The notes under the pieces were generated by a model, which ran no database searches, was not told the origin of the DNA, and saw nothing but the letters and a program-made list of their open reading frames with translations. Shown here one piece after another: positions 18,393 through 28,627 of a stretch of DNA of 64,000 nucleotides. A program made the translations under genes and the position numbers. The first letter of the stretch is position 1. Each line of letters starts with the position of its first letter. The stretch is from an uncultured Lentisphaerales bacterium (GTDB lineage Bacteria; Verrucomicrobiota; Lentisphaeria; JABSQK01; UBA12247), in NCBI GenBank assembly GCA_943788985.1, contig CALSSJ010000017.1, positions 32,001 through 96,000 of the forward strand. The letters run 5' to 3'.

Positions 18393-19217
18393 ATGCACGT
18401 TGTCGTTGTTGGGTATGAAGAAAACGAGCAAGCGATCCGCGCCGTGCGCGATGAAGTGTTTGTCAAGGAACAGGGCGTGCCGCCAGAACTGGAGCACGAT
18501 GCGAGAGACAAGCACTGCCTGCACATCGTCGCATTCCTGGACAAGCAAGCCGTGGGCACTGCTCGACTTGACACCGACGGGCGTATGGGCCGGATGGCAG
18601 TGTTGGCCGCACACCGAAGGCTCGGTATCGGTAGTCTATTGGTAGACACCGTGCACGATACCGCGAGGAAAGAGGGCCACGAAAGCGTCTGGTGTCATGC
18701 GCAGGCACACGCCATTCCCTTTTACGAGCGCTTCGGGTACGAGGCAACCGGTGAAGAGTTTATCGAGGCTGATATTCCTCATCGCAAGATGTCTGCCTTT
18801 CTGGCGGGGAATACCCTGGGAACGGACTGGGGCGAAGTAGCAACCTTCAGCAATGAGATCGATGCGCGGCTTGCAGCCACCGCTCTCGAAAACAAAGGAC
18901 TATCAGTGTCCGTGATGGGTGACCACACGGTCTCCGCTGCACCGTTTCTGGTCAATGTCGGCTGTCACATACGGCTCTCGGTGCCTGCTGAGCAACACCA
19001 CGAGGCCGAGGCTGTTCTCGCTGGTCTGAGGAAAAACCAGGCAGAACACGAAGCATATCGAGCCCAAAACTGCCCACACTGTCAGGAAGCAACAGGCACG
19101 AATGTGAAACGGCCGCTTTGGCTTCGCCTCCTGATCTTTTTCACGTTTGGGATGCTCTGCCTGCTCTACTCATGGCCTCTCTACCGCTGCACTCAGTGCG
19201 GGCACACCTGGCGCTGA
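18393..19217 (+). CDS. GNAT acetyltransferase (ElaA/YjcF-like) fused to a DUF2007-like domain and a Zn-ribbon/TM tail
   Basis: VRDEVFVKEQGVP, GRMAVL..HRRLGIG, HAQ...FYE..G..F.EADIPH; then CPHC..TM..CTQC. Confidence 0.8.
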   Translation: MHVVVVGYEENEQAIRAVRDEVFVKEQGVPPELEHDARDKHCLHIVAFLDKQAVGTARLDTDGRMGRMAVLAAHRRLGIGSLLVDTVHDTARKEGHESVWCHAQAHAIPFYERFGYEATGEEFIEADIPHRKMSAFLAGNTLGTDWGEVATFSNEIDARLAATALENKGLSVSVMGDHTVSAAPFLVNVGCHIRLSVPAEQHHEAEAVLAGLRKNQAEHEAYRAQNCPHCQEATGTNVKRPLWLRLLIFFTFGMLCLLYSWPLYRCTQCGHTWR

Positions 19218-19323
19218 CCTGCTGAGATCACAAGAACCAAGTCCCAAACTTTCTGCCCCATACCCTCAAATGCCGGGGCTCATCATGAATCCCGCACCGA
19301 TCCGCTCCAAGTGGGCCGGAGCA

Positions 19324-19925
19324 ATGACCGACCGTGAACGGCTCAACCGCAAAATGAACCACCAGAGCGTCGACCGCTGCTTCAATATGGAGTTCGGATA
19401 CTGGGACGAGAACTTCAGCCGATGGGCGATGTTTCGCGATCACGCGTTCCGTAACAACCACAAGGCAGACCGATTACTCAATTTCGCTCTCCTCGGCAAC
19501 GTCGGTGGCCCAGTTGTTCATGCACACGCCGTTCACCGACGAGGTTATTGAAGCAAACGAACAGGTCCAAATCATTCGCAACGGCGATAGCATGCCCGCC
19601 GAGGTCCCCAGAAGCAGGCAGTCGACGATCCCACATTTCCTCAAATCCTCAATCAACGCGCCTGAAGACTGAAAGCGTGTCAAGGCGGAGCCCTTTGACC
19701 CGGCACATCCAGACCGGCAAGTTGATCTGACGACACTGCAGCTGGCACATCCAAGCACTCGTGACGACCCGCTCGGAGTCACCTGTGACTGCATGATCGG
19801 TAAGGTCCCCGACATGCTCACACTCGAGGGGCTTTGCTACCTGTTCTACGACTACCCAGATATGGTCGAAGACCTAGTCTAACCTGTTGCCAACTGGTCG
19901 AACAGGTCCTCGACCAGGTGCTGAT
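19324..19925 (+). pseudogene. Decayed uroporphyrinogen decarboxylase-like (MtaA/CmuA-like) gene
   Basis: MTDRERLNR...VDRCFNMEFGYWDENF and later EGLCYLFYDYPDMVEDLV; frameshifts and in-frame stops; truncated. Confidence 0.6.
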
Positions 19926-20063
19926 TCACAACGGCTTCGTGCTTACCTGGATCCTGTCAGGTTCCATATCCGTATCGAGTTGGTCTTTACTTGGTTTCTG
20001 CCCCGACTAACTCTGAGTCTGTTTCACGGCATCGGAGTCGAATATCTGATCCTGCGACCGTTA

Positions 20064-21425
20064 TTAGCGAATCAGAACCACTGTTCCTTTTCTGACTACA
20101 GTTAATAGCAGTTCGCTGGTACCGGCGTCGAAGGTCAGGGTGCCAGTCATGCCAGTTGCTCCTGCGGTGATGTTCACGGTGGGGTCGAAGGTGCCGTCGC
20201 CACCCGAGGTGCTGCCAAAATCAGCCAAGGTGACGGTGTGGCCGTTCGCGAGATCGTAGGCTGAAATGTCGACATCAATGGTTGAATTTTCCCAGGTGGA
20301 GGTGCCCCCGAAGCGCAGTTCGTTTGGCGTCAGCGTGGTAAAGCCCGTTGCGCTTAAGGTGTAGTTGAAGGTGTTTGCGCCTTTGTGCTCCCACCGTCCC
20401 ACTGTGTTGATTGCGCCGTCTGCATAGTCGATGGTGGCGTTGTTCAGATCGAAAAAATTTGTCGAAATCGATGTGGTTAAGGCCGATCCAGCGGCGACGT
20501 TGATGGTCGCACCGTTGCAGCGCAGGACATTGCTGGATTCAAGCGTTGAGTTTCCAGTGATATTGAGGGTGAGGTTGCTCGGAAGATTACCACTAGTATT
20601 CCATTCAACGGTATCACCATTTGAGATGGCTACGGTGTCGCCAATGGCTGGCAAGCCATCTGGATCCCAGTTGGCTGCAGATGACCAGAGGCCGTCCCCT
20701 GCACCACCATCCCAGGTTACGGGCATGATGTGAAGCTGAATCGAGTCCGTTGCGTCATCCCACGTCAGGTGGGAGCCTGTGTACGCACCGGTATTAAGCA
20801 CAATCAGTGTTGCGCCTTGGAAAGTCGCATTGGTCATCGAGGTAAAATCGCTGCTGAAGTCCACGAGGGTGATTGTGCCAGCGCCGCCGGTGTAGGCCGC
20901 CATGTCGACGGTATAGGTGGCATCGGACATCAGGGCACCGCCCCCCCGTCGGAAGCTGTTCGGATTGAGCGTGGTGAAACCTGTCGCGCTCAGATTGAAG
21001 GTAAAGGTATTTGTACCTTTCTGTTCCCAGGTTGCCATGGTGGCGATGGCTCCATCCTCGAAGGTAAGGTCGCCGTTGTTCAGGTCCCAAAATGCGCCGA
21101 TCAGCGACGTCCCCGCCCCAACGTTAATGTTGGCGTTAAGCAACCGAATCACGGCCCCATCTGTACTGAGGGATGAGCTTCCACTGAGGTTGATGGTGAC
21201 GCCACTCGGTAGGTTGTTGGCATGCGAGACTGTGTCTCCGTTGGTGACATTGAGCGTATCGCTAGCCACCGGCGCCTGGTCCGGGTTCCAGTTGTTTGCG
21301 GTGCCCAGCAGTCCATCGCCGCCGCCGCCATCCCAAACCAAAGTTGCGGAGTACGCAGATGCTGCGACGAGATAAAGAGCACCTGCAAGTGCCGTCAGTG
21401 CTCGGTTCATATGTCTAGTCTTCAT
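20064..21425 (-). CDS. Secreted beta-rich protein with two ~207-aa tandem repeats and C-terminal GTVVLIR motif
   Basis: Signal peptide (..ASAYSA); repeats start WDGGGGDGL..ANNWNPD and WDGGAGDGL..ANWDPD; Thr/Asn/Gly-rich. Confidence 0.85.
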   Translation of the reverse strand: MKTRHMNRALTALAGALYLVAASAYSATLVWDGGGGDGLLGTANNWNPDQAPVASDTLNVTNGDTVSHANNLPSGVTINLSGSSSLSTDGAVIRLLNANINVGAGTSLIGAFWDLNNGDLTFEDGAIATMATWEQKGTNTFTFNLSATGFTTLNPNSFRRGGGALMSDATYTVDMAAYTGGAGTITLVDFSSDFTSMTNATFQGATLIVLNTGAYTGSHLTWDDATDSIQLHIMPVTWDGGAGDGLWSSAANWDPDGLPAIGDTVAISNGDTVEWNTSGNLPSNLTLNITGNSTLESSNVLRCNGATINVAAGSALTTSISTNFFDLNNATIDYADGAINTVGRWEHKGANTFNYTLSATGFTTLTPNELRFGGTSTWENSTIDVDISAYDLANGHTVTLADFGSTSGGDGTFDPTVNITAGATGMTGTLTFDAGTSELLLTVVRKGTVVLIR

Positions 21426-21631
21426 GGTGTCCCGCCTGTGTTCGTGAGAAATTCTTGTCAGGGCCGATGATTGTGGCATTCTGTATAACCCCATAAAGTA
21501 GATGACCAATCACGACTAGTCAATAAGCGTAGATGTGATTTTATCGACTTGTTCCAAGGCCGACCTTGCCGTAAATTCCAGGCCGACCAACAAAGAAGAG
21601 ATCAATCACCAAGCCAGGGACGAAATCTATA

Positions 21632-23368
21632 ATGCTCAATGACCTCAAAAAGCCTGCCTGCCAATCCGCGATTCGATCTCTGGACGGCAGTTCGCATGAA
21701 GTCCTGCTTCGACGTTCCTGGGCTGGGGATGTTTGTACGTTGGCGCTGCGCAACGAGTCAGCCGTGGGCGTGCGCGTAAAAGAAGTAGCCGTGTTCTGCA
21801 GCGAGCTCCCACTTGCCTCCACGACTCCCGCGTATGGCGAGGGCTACAACATGCTCAGCCAGTACGCTGGTCCAGTGGCAGACTTGCGCTGTCTCACGCC
21901 ACACAGCGACGGGGGCCACTATAAACTTCCACAGCAGCCAGACCGCCAGACCGTCTACAACCTGCTCCTGCTGATGCCACCAGACACGGACGCGGCCCTG
22001 ATCGGCTTTGCCAGCTGTAAACGCTTTGCAGGCGAGATTCGCCTCAGCGAGCAGAGCCTAGAGCTCGTTCTGGATCTCGAGGGCCAAGAGATTGCCGCAG
22101 GTGCCGAACTGGAGTTGGAGGCCGTATTCGCCGCAACAGGCGAGCGCGAAGCATTACTGGCGGCTTTTGGTGATGAGATTTCCCGCCGACAGCCACCGCT
22201 GCCGTGGCCCGAGGTCCCCACCGGCTGGTGTTCCTGGTATTGCTATGGCCCGGATGTCACAGAACAGGATGTCTTTGACAATCTCGAGACGATTCGCCAG
22301 CGATTCCCAGAGCTGAAGTACATTCAGTTAGATGATGGCTACCAGGCCCACATGGGCGATTGGCTGGATCAGCACCCAAACTTCCCGCGCCCCATTCGCG
22401 ACCTCTGCCATCGCATCAAGGACGCAGGGTTTGAGCCCGCAATCTGGGTCGCGCCCTTTATTGCCGATGCGGACTCCGCATTACTGCGTGACCATCCGGA
22501 CTGGTTTGTCCAAGATGAAGCCGGGCACCCGCTGCCGTCCAATCGCGACTCATTCGGCGGTTGGCGTTTTGCCCCTTGGTACATGCTGGATGGTACCCAT
22601 CCGGAAGCGCAGGAGTACTTACGTCACGTCTTCCGCACCATGCGCCAGGAGTGGCAATGCACCTACTTCAAGCTCGATGCAAATATGTGGGGAGCCTTAC
22701 CGTCTGGCCGCCGCTATGACCCAAAAGCAACGCGAGTGGATGCCTATCGCGCTGGCATGCAGGCCGTCTTGGAGGGAGCCGGCCCCGACAGCTTTATTCT
22801 TGGCTGTAATGCGCCCATGTGGCCATCGATCGGCGTGGTCCACGGCATGCGCACCACCGGTGACATTCACCGTAGCTGGAACGCATTCACCGGCCTAGCC
22901 GAGCAGGGCTTCTACCGAAACTGGCAGAACCATCGCCTCTGGATCAACGATCCGGACTGCCTGGTCATGGCGAACCTGATCAATGAAGTCGTCGGCCCAG
23001 ATGGCCAGCCGTCCACGAACTCAACCGACATCAGCGAAGACGAGTTTTCCTTTCATGCCGCCTATATTCTAGCCAGCGGCGGCATGGTTCTGGCAAGTGA
23101 TCGGATGATGGAACTGAACGAGGCCCATGCCGCACGCCTGGCCAAGCTTGTCCCCCCAACCGGCAAGGCGGCTCGGTTTGACGATCATCGCTTTGAATTG
23201 GGCCGTATCCCCCATGCAGACGGCGAAATCGTCTGCCTGTTCAACTGGGGTGATGAGGCCCGCGTCGCCGAGCTGCCAGCAGCCAGCTGCACGGATTTCT
23301 GGACTGGTGAGGCAGTGTCTGGTACGCTGACGCTCCCACCGCGCGGTGCCCGTGTGGTTCGCAGCTAG
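21632..23368 (+). CDS. Alpha-galactosidase, glycoside hydrolase family 36
   Basis: PTGWCSWY, IQLDDGYQ, IWVAPF, YFKLD, ILGCNAP, RTTGD, WINDPDC. Confidence 0.9.
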   Translation: MLNDLKKPACQSAIRSLDGSSHEVLLRRSWAGDVCTLALRNESAVGVRVKEVAVFCSELPLASTTPAYGEGYNMLSQYAGPVADLRCLTPHSDGGHYKLPQQPDRQTVYNLLLLMPPDTDAALIGFASCKRFAGEIRLSEQSLELVLDLEGQEIAAGAELELEAVFAATGEREALLAAFGDEISRRQPPLPWPEVPTGWCSWYCYGPDVTEQDVFDNLETIRQRFPELKYIQLDDGYQAHMGDWLDQHPNFPRPIRDLCHRIKDAGFEPAIWVAPFIADADSALLRDHPDWFVQDEAGHPLPSNRDSFGGWRFAPWYMLDGTHPEAQEYLRHVFRTMRQEWQCTYFKLDANMWGALPSGRRYDPKATRVDAYRAGMQAVLEGAGPDSFILGCNAPMWPSIGVVHGMRTTGDIHRSWNAFTGLAEQGFYRNWQNHRLWINDPDCLVMANLINEVVGPDGQPSTNSTDISEDEFSFHAAYILASGGMVLASDRMMELNEAHAARLAKLVPPTGKAARFDDHRFELGRIPHADGEIVCLFNWGDEARVAELPAASCTDFWTGEAVSGTLTLPPRGARVVRS

Positions 23369-24845
23369 TTGCTGGGGGCGCGGGAAGACCGCAATCCAAT
23401 TTCGGTGCATCAATCTGGTTGTAGTCAGGATGCATTACTATTGGGGCGATTGCTGGCTTCGCAATCCCATGTGGAATGCCATTCTTCGTCCTCGAAGCTA
23501 TATTCTAGGCAACTGATGCCTCGCCTACATCGCCCCTGCAGATGATGTATTGATCAGGACAAGACGTAGTACAGCCCATACAGAGGCCCCACGCAGACGG
23601 CCGCCCCGCCCCTCACGTAATTCAAGGGCGGGACTACGCAGATCAATTGGTGCCGCCTCCTTCAAGTCTCGGCACTTGGTGGTAAAGGTTCATCTTCTTG
23701 GAGATGTGGAGTGAGGTAAAAATTTCTAGACTGTGGCTCTAAAAGAGTTCACCGTGCTGAGTTCCTCAGCGCAACAACAAAGGTTCCGGATACAACTGAT
23801 CATACCATATGTTCTAACGAGATCAAGGGCCGACCAAGGCCAGTCCTGCCGTCGTCTGCAGACCAAAGGTCTCACCACCATCGGGCGGGCGGAACCAGTG
23901 GCGTACAGGCGCGAAGTGGCGGTGCGCCATGGGCGCTCGCCCGCCCCTTGTGCTCTCCGCAACGCTAAGGCAGCATCGCCCCCAGACCTCCGATTATCTT
24001 GAGCTGCACATAATCGAAGGTCTAGTCTTCCTTTTCCTCGTCTCACTTCGGGCAGTCAGGGCCTACACGCGTACTCGCGCAACGGTTCCAGGACGAGGAT
24101 GAAGGACGGGGACGATTCAGGCCTCCAGGGAAAACCCAAGACCATTGACGGCGCGCAGTCCAATCTCTGTGGTCTCCTTGGCAAGCACGTAGCGAACGTC
24201 TGCACCGGCGCCGCTGACCAGTTAGAGGACAAACAAGTACTCACCCCCGCTGGTTGAGATCCTGCACGACTACCTTCTTACCGTTGAAGACGATCGCAAG
24301 CTTGCGCAGGTGCTCGGGCGCCACATCGCCCACCCGGCTGACGAAGTGGTGAACGAACTCATGGCCAACTATCCATTGCCGGAACGTCCCAGTCCCCTGC
24401 CCTCCCGACACCAGCTTCCGGTCCGGCCGTCCTGTGTGGCGTTCTCCCATACTTTCACCCTATTTCGTTGAATACACCTCCCCATCCGCTATTCTCCAGG
24501 CATTGGGAAAAAGCAATTTCCTATTTTTTTTATTTTATTATTTTTCACGGCGTCACTCGCTCTGCGACCGAGAACAGCTTTCACCGCTGATGCCCGAGTG
24601 TTTCTTGCGAACCTCGCAGCCCAATAGCCCGGTGTCCAGTCCAGTCCGCTTCCGCCAGGCAAGAGAGAAAGGGGGGGGGGCTGCTTCGTTATCGGTGGCA
24701 CCTCTGTCTAATACATGGCCATCCGCACGCTGGAAGTCTCGGCTCAGTCGAGGGGCTAAAAGACACGAGTTCTAGGAGGCGCGGGATTGAACGCTCCAAT
24801 CAGTAATCCAAGTCGTCAAATGCAACCTATTTCGTCGCCGGATCA

Positions 24846-25244
24846 CTATCGCAGGATCTGGAAGAACGACAAGCTCGCCGCCTTCTTGTCGAAGGTGAGC
24901 CCACCCTCACAGCCATTGGCATCGGCCGCATGGGCAATCAGGATGTCCGCAAAGTCAGCTTTTGATTTTCTCCCATCGGTGAGCAGGGCTTGGACGACCT
25001 CATCCCTCTCAAAGGTAAAGACGGGCATTCTCTTCATGTCGTCGATCGAACCCAATATCTCAGATCTTGTTTTCCCGTAGGCGCTCTCAAGAACCCAGAT
25101 GACCTCGAGCAACACGAGTAGAGGGACATACAAGGTCTCGCGATCGGACTCCGCACGCTTGAGACGCACATACACTGCCTCGGCCTGGGCTGCATCATCG
25201 CGCACCAAGAATCGCACGATCACGTTCGTGTCAAGGGCGATCAC
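24846..25244 (-). CDS. vapC: PIN-domain toxin (VapC family)
   Basis: MIALDTNVIVRFL, E..WVL, DFADILI, TFDKKA. Confidence 0.92.
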   Translation of the reverse strand: MIALDTNVIVRFLVRDDAAQAEAVYVRLKRAESDRETLYVPLLVLLEVIWVLESAYGKTRSEILGSIDDMKRMPVFTFERDEVVQALLTDGRKSKADFADILIAHAADANGCEGGLTFDKKAASLSFFQILR

Positions 25245-25489
25245 GTATTCCGGATCCCCTCACGTGCCGCGATCGCGGCGTCCATCTCTTCGACTGTTAA
25301 GGCTGGCTGGTGGGGGCTGTGCAGTTTGCCGAAAACTTCATCAACTGACTTTGTGATCGGTCTTACCAGAGCTTCGCTTGCCCCGTGAAGCACAAACTCG
25401 ACTCGGTCCCCTGAATGCAGATGCAGAGAGTCACGCACGGTTTTGGGTATCGTGATCTGTCCCTTCGACGTTAACGTTGCAGTAGGCAT
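25241..25489 (-). CDS. vapB: AbrB/MazE/SpoVT-family antitoxin
   Basis: ATLTSKGQITIPK.VRD.L...GDRVEF; 4-nt overlap with toxin; GGAG RBS. Confidence 0.92.
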   Translation of the reverse strand: MPTATLTSKGQITIPKTVRDSLHLHSGDRVEFVLHGASEALVRPITKSVDEVFGKLHSPHQPALTVEEMDAAIAAREGIRNT

Positions 25490-25613
25490 GACCTTCTCCT
25501 TTCATTCTCACTTACTCCTTACAACATAGTAAGATTCTCGCATCAAGGCAACTCGTTCTTCACATCACGTCATTCCATTGTTTGGCCGTGAGTCAGTTTC
25601 CCAGTTTGAAACA

Positions 25614-25740
25614 TCAAGACGATGGCCACTGCGTATTCCATTGCTTGCCACAGTCTGCACTTGCCGTGCCGCCCCCGCCATGAACCAGAACAACACCCGG
25701 CCAACCCGCTGCTGCAGCCTGACCTTCCGCCACGCCGCAG
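25614..25740 (-). pseudogene. Fragment of an alpha/beta-hydrolase (acetylxylan esterase-like)
   Basis: PGVVLVHGGGGTA motif; no intact gene around it. Confidence 0.5.
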
Positions 25741-25743
25741 ACA

Positions 25744-25900
25744 TTGGGGACCTTCTCCGCGGTCGAAAACTTCTTTACCCAGCGATTGCTGGATGAGCTT
25801 GGCGTGCCATGCGGGATCATCAATTCGAGCTGGGGCAGCAGTTTGATCGAGACATGGATCAGTCGGGAGCGCCTGCTTCGTAACCCGATCACCCGCAAGG
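25744..25900 (+). pseudogene. Fragment of sialate O-acetylesterase (SASA family)
   Basis: FSAV..FF..RL..ELGVPCGII.SSWGSS.IETWIS; cut off at the transposase flank. Confidence 0.6.
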
Positions 25901-25904
25901 GGAG

Positions 25905-25929
25905 ATTAGGGACAGAAATTAGGGACAGA
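25905..25929 (+). repeat. Tandem 12-bp direct repeat ATTAGGGACAGA upstream of the transposase
   Basis: Copies at 25905-25916 and 25918-25929; TAGGGAC recurs at 26962-26968. Confidence 0.7.
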
Positions 25930-26016
25930 CCTTTTATCGACAAACGGACTGGATCTCGCCACGAATCCTGAGATAGTGAGAAATGAGCAAGGTCGCTAAG
26001 AAGAGGAATAAGGACG

Positions 26017-26964
26017 ATGAGGACTGCACGAATTAGATATCAGGGTGCGGGAGCATTCTACCACTGCATGAATCGCTGCGCAGGCTATGCGACAGATCGG
26101 CCTTGGGAGCCAAAGGAGCAGGAGTATTTCGTCAAGCTGCTACACCGGTTGAGCAAGTTCTATACGGTTGAAGTGATCAGCTATTGCGTAATGAGCAATC
26201 ATTATCATGTCGTCCTACGAGATCCGGGAGACCTTCCAACCGTGGAGGAGACGGTTCGCCGCTACAACAGCTACTACAAGGGGAAGCGGCAGATCGATGG
26301 CACAGTCGGAGACATTGAGCAAATTAGAGCTCGGCTCAGCGACTTCAGCCGGCTTCTGAAGGATCTGCAGCAGTTGTTTACAGGCTGGTACAACCGAAGT
26401 CGCCCCAAGCCACGGCGTGGGCGTCTATGGGGAGATCGGTTCAAAAGCGTACTGCTCGATGGGGAATCTGCCCTGTGGAGTTGCATAAAATATGTGGAAC
26501 TGAACCCGGTCCGCGCCGGGATCACTGATGACCCGGCCGACTACCGCTTCTCGAGTTGGGGGGCCTGGAGTGGTTCTGGCAAGCACCCGTTTGGGCGGGA
26601 ATTCTTTAACCATGTGAAGCGATCTCTGGGAAACCGGGCCAAAGGTTGGGCGATTGCGGAGGTCGCAGCAGAGCTTCGTGCTGACATGGCTAGGACCATA
26701 GAAGCGGAGCGTAATGACGCGACCAGCGAGTCGGTCAAAACGGCCTATGCTGAGGCGAAAAGAAGGCCTTCGCTTCAACTCGTGGCGACACGACGTATGC
26801 GCTACTGGACGGATGGCGCGGTGATCGGCTCCAAGCTGTTTGTGCAAAAGGTGGCGATCGACTTATACGGCGAGGAGAAAGCGAAGCGACGGCGATATGG
26901 CCGGGGAGAGCTACCGGAGGGGGGGGCGCTGTTTAGTCTGCGCTGTCTGCGACAGCAGACATAG
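26017..26964 (+). mobile_element. HUH (Y1) tyrosine transposase, REP-associated (RAYT)/IS200-like
   Basis: FYHCMNR, YCVMSNHYHVVL (HUH), LWGDRFKSVL, YVELNPVRAG, P.DYRFSS. Confidence 0.9.
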
Positions 26965-27034
26965 GGACGCCGACTCCCCTTGCCGTGATGGTCGGATACG
27001 TCGCTGCGCGCCTACGTTTATGGCTCCCAAGAAA

Positions 27035-27910
27035 TTACTTCATGCCTGCGTCTTTCGGTATCGAGAGGTCCACTGTGTTGGCCGGTAGATGCTTTACGCC
27101 AGTGACATCGGTGTAGCGCATCTGCTCACCGATTTTTCCGTCTTCCATTCTGAAGGTGCGATGACCACTTGCCAGCAGTACGCCGTCCACATCTTTTAGA
27201 TTGTCCAGGCTTAGGAACTTTATGGGTCCTGGCCCATTTGGAGCGACCAGCTTGCTCGTCACGCTGTAGTAGGTCCCCTTAGTGAGCTTCGTCTGGGGAT
27301 CGATGAGTAGCACATAGAAATCGTCTGGAGAATCTCCTGCGTCCTTGTTGTAGGTCACTCTCACCTGTGTGTATGCCTTGCCTTCAAATTCCATCGTCTC
27401 CGCAAGCTTCTCGAAGCTAGCGTTGGGATCATTGAAGACGAAAGGGATACCGATGAAGTAGAATGGGGTCAGCGCCCAAAATCGAGGTGGCGGCTTAAAG
27501 GCAGCGTCAGCAGGGAGAATCCACGCCTGGCCGTCGTTCATGCCAAATCGGACCTCTTTCCCTGGGACCTCATGTACCACGGCAAGAGTTTTGGGGTCTA
27601 CGGTCTGCACCGAATCGACGATAGCCTTCGGGCCCTTATCCGACATATGGTAGGTCCAGCGGAACTGAAGCTGGCCACTGTGATACCACTTGTCCGTGCC
27701 GCCATGCGCAGCCATAGACTGCATCACTAGCTCGCGCGCTTCATCTGTCTCACTCTGTCCAGAGCCAGCCTTTCCCCTGTGGCTACATGAAGCCAAGGCG
27801 AAACAACACATGATCGCCATAATCATGGCGGCACTTCTTCTGCTACAGAATCTCATTTTGGGTGCTATTGCTGAGCTTGATTCAGTGGTTTGGCACTGCT
27901 TTTTGTACAT
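27035..27910 (-). CDS. Hypothetical lipoprotein (DUF6503-like)
   Basis: Lipobox LASC; AHGG..KW, PFYF.GIPF, VTY...GDSPDD.Y; true start probably downstream of 27910. Confidence 0.65.
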   Translation of the reverse strand: MYKKQCQTTESSSAIAPKMRFCSRRSAAMIMAIMCCFALASCSHRGKAGSGQSETDEARELVMQSMAAHGGTDKWYHSGQLQFRWTYHMSDKGPKAIVDSVQTVDPKTLAVVHEVPGKEVRFGMNDGQAWILPADAAFKPPPRFWALTPFYFIGIPFVFNDPNASFEKLAETMEFEGKAYTQVRVTYNKDAGDSPDDFYVLLIDPQTKLTKGTYYSVTSKLVAPNGPGPIKFLSLDNLKDVDGVLLASGHRTFRMEDGKIGEQMRYTDVTGVKHLPANTVDLSIPKDAGMK

Positions 27911-27943
27911 GTATATTTTCCGTAATTTGCCCAGCAGGTTTGG

Positions 27944-28627
27944 CTATTCGGGAGCGTAGCGAGTCGGGTCGGGGACGGCGGCGTCTTCGAAGCCCTTGCT
28001 GCGGAGTACGCAGCTGTCGCAGGCACCGCAGGCGAAGCCGGCGATTGGGTCGTAGCAGCTGTGGGTGGCTCCGTAGTCAACGCCTAGCTCAATACCGCGC
28101 TGGATAATCTGCGCCTTGGTGAGCTGCAGCAGCGGGGCGTGGATCCGGAGGCGCTGGCCTTCGACTGCTGCCTTGGTGGCCAGATTGGCCATGGTCTCAA
28201 AGGCTTCCAAAAATTCGGGGCGACAATCCGGATAGCCGCTGTAGTCGAGCGCGTTTATGCCGATGTAGATGTCCTGCGCTGCAACGGACTCGGCAACAGC
28301 CAAGGCGTAGGAGAGGAACAAGGTGTTGCGCGCGGGCACGTAGGTGGTGGGAATCTCGTCGCCGATCGCGTCGACGGTGCCGGGCTTCGGGACCTCGCCA
28401 TCGCCCACCAATGCGGACCCCGCAAAGACGTCGCGCGGGATCTCGATGACGATGTGCTTGGCCAGACCTGCGGACTTCGCAATCTCGCAGGCGCAGGTCA
28501 GCTCGCAGGTGTGGCGTTGCCCGTAGGCGAAAGTGAGTCCGACTACGTCAAAGCCATCATGGCGAGCAAGTGCCAGGCAGGTCGTAGAATCCAGCCCTCC
28601 GGAGATGAGCACGACTGCCTTGGGCAT
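27944..28627 (-). CDS. queC: 7-cyano-7-deazaguanine synthase
   Basis: SGGLDS, YGQRH, TYVPARN, DYSGYPDCR, SCY..CGACDSC. Confidence 0.96.
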   Translation of the reverse strand: MPKAVVLISGGLDSTTCLALARHDGFDVVGLTFAYGQRHTCELTCACEIAKSAGLAKHIVIEIPRDVFAGSALVGDGEVPKPGTVDAIGDEIPTTYVPARNTLFLSYALAVAESVAAQDIYIGINALDYSGYPDCRPEFLEAFETMANLATKAAVEGQRLRIHAPLLQLTKAQIIQRGIELGVDYGATHSCYDPIAGFACGACDSCVLRSKGFEDAAVPDPTRYAPE

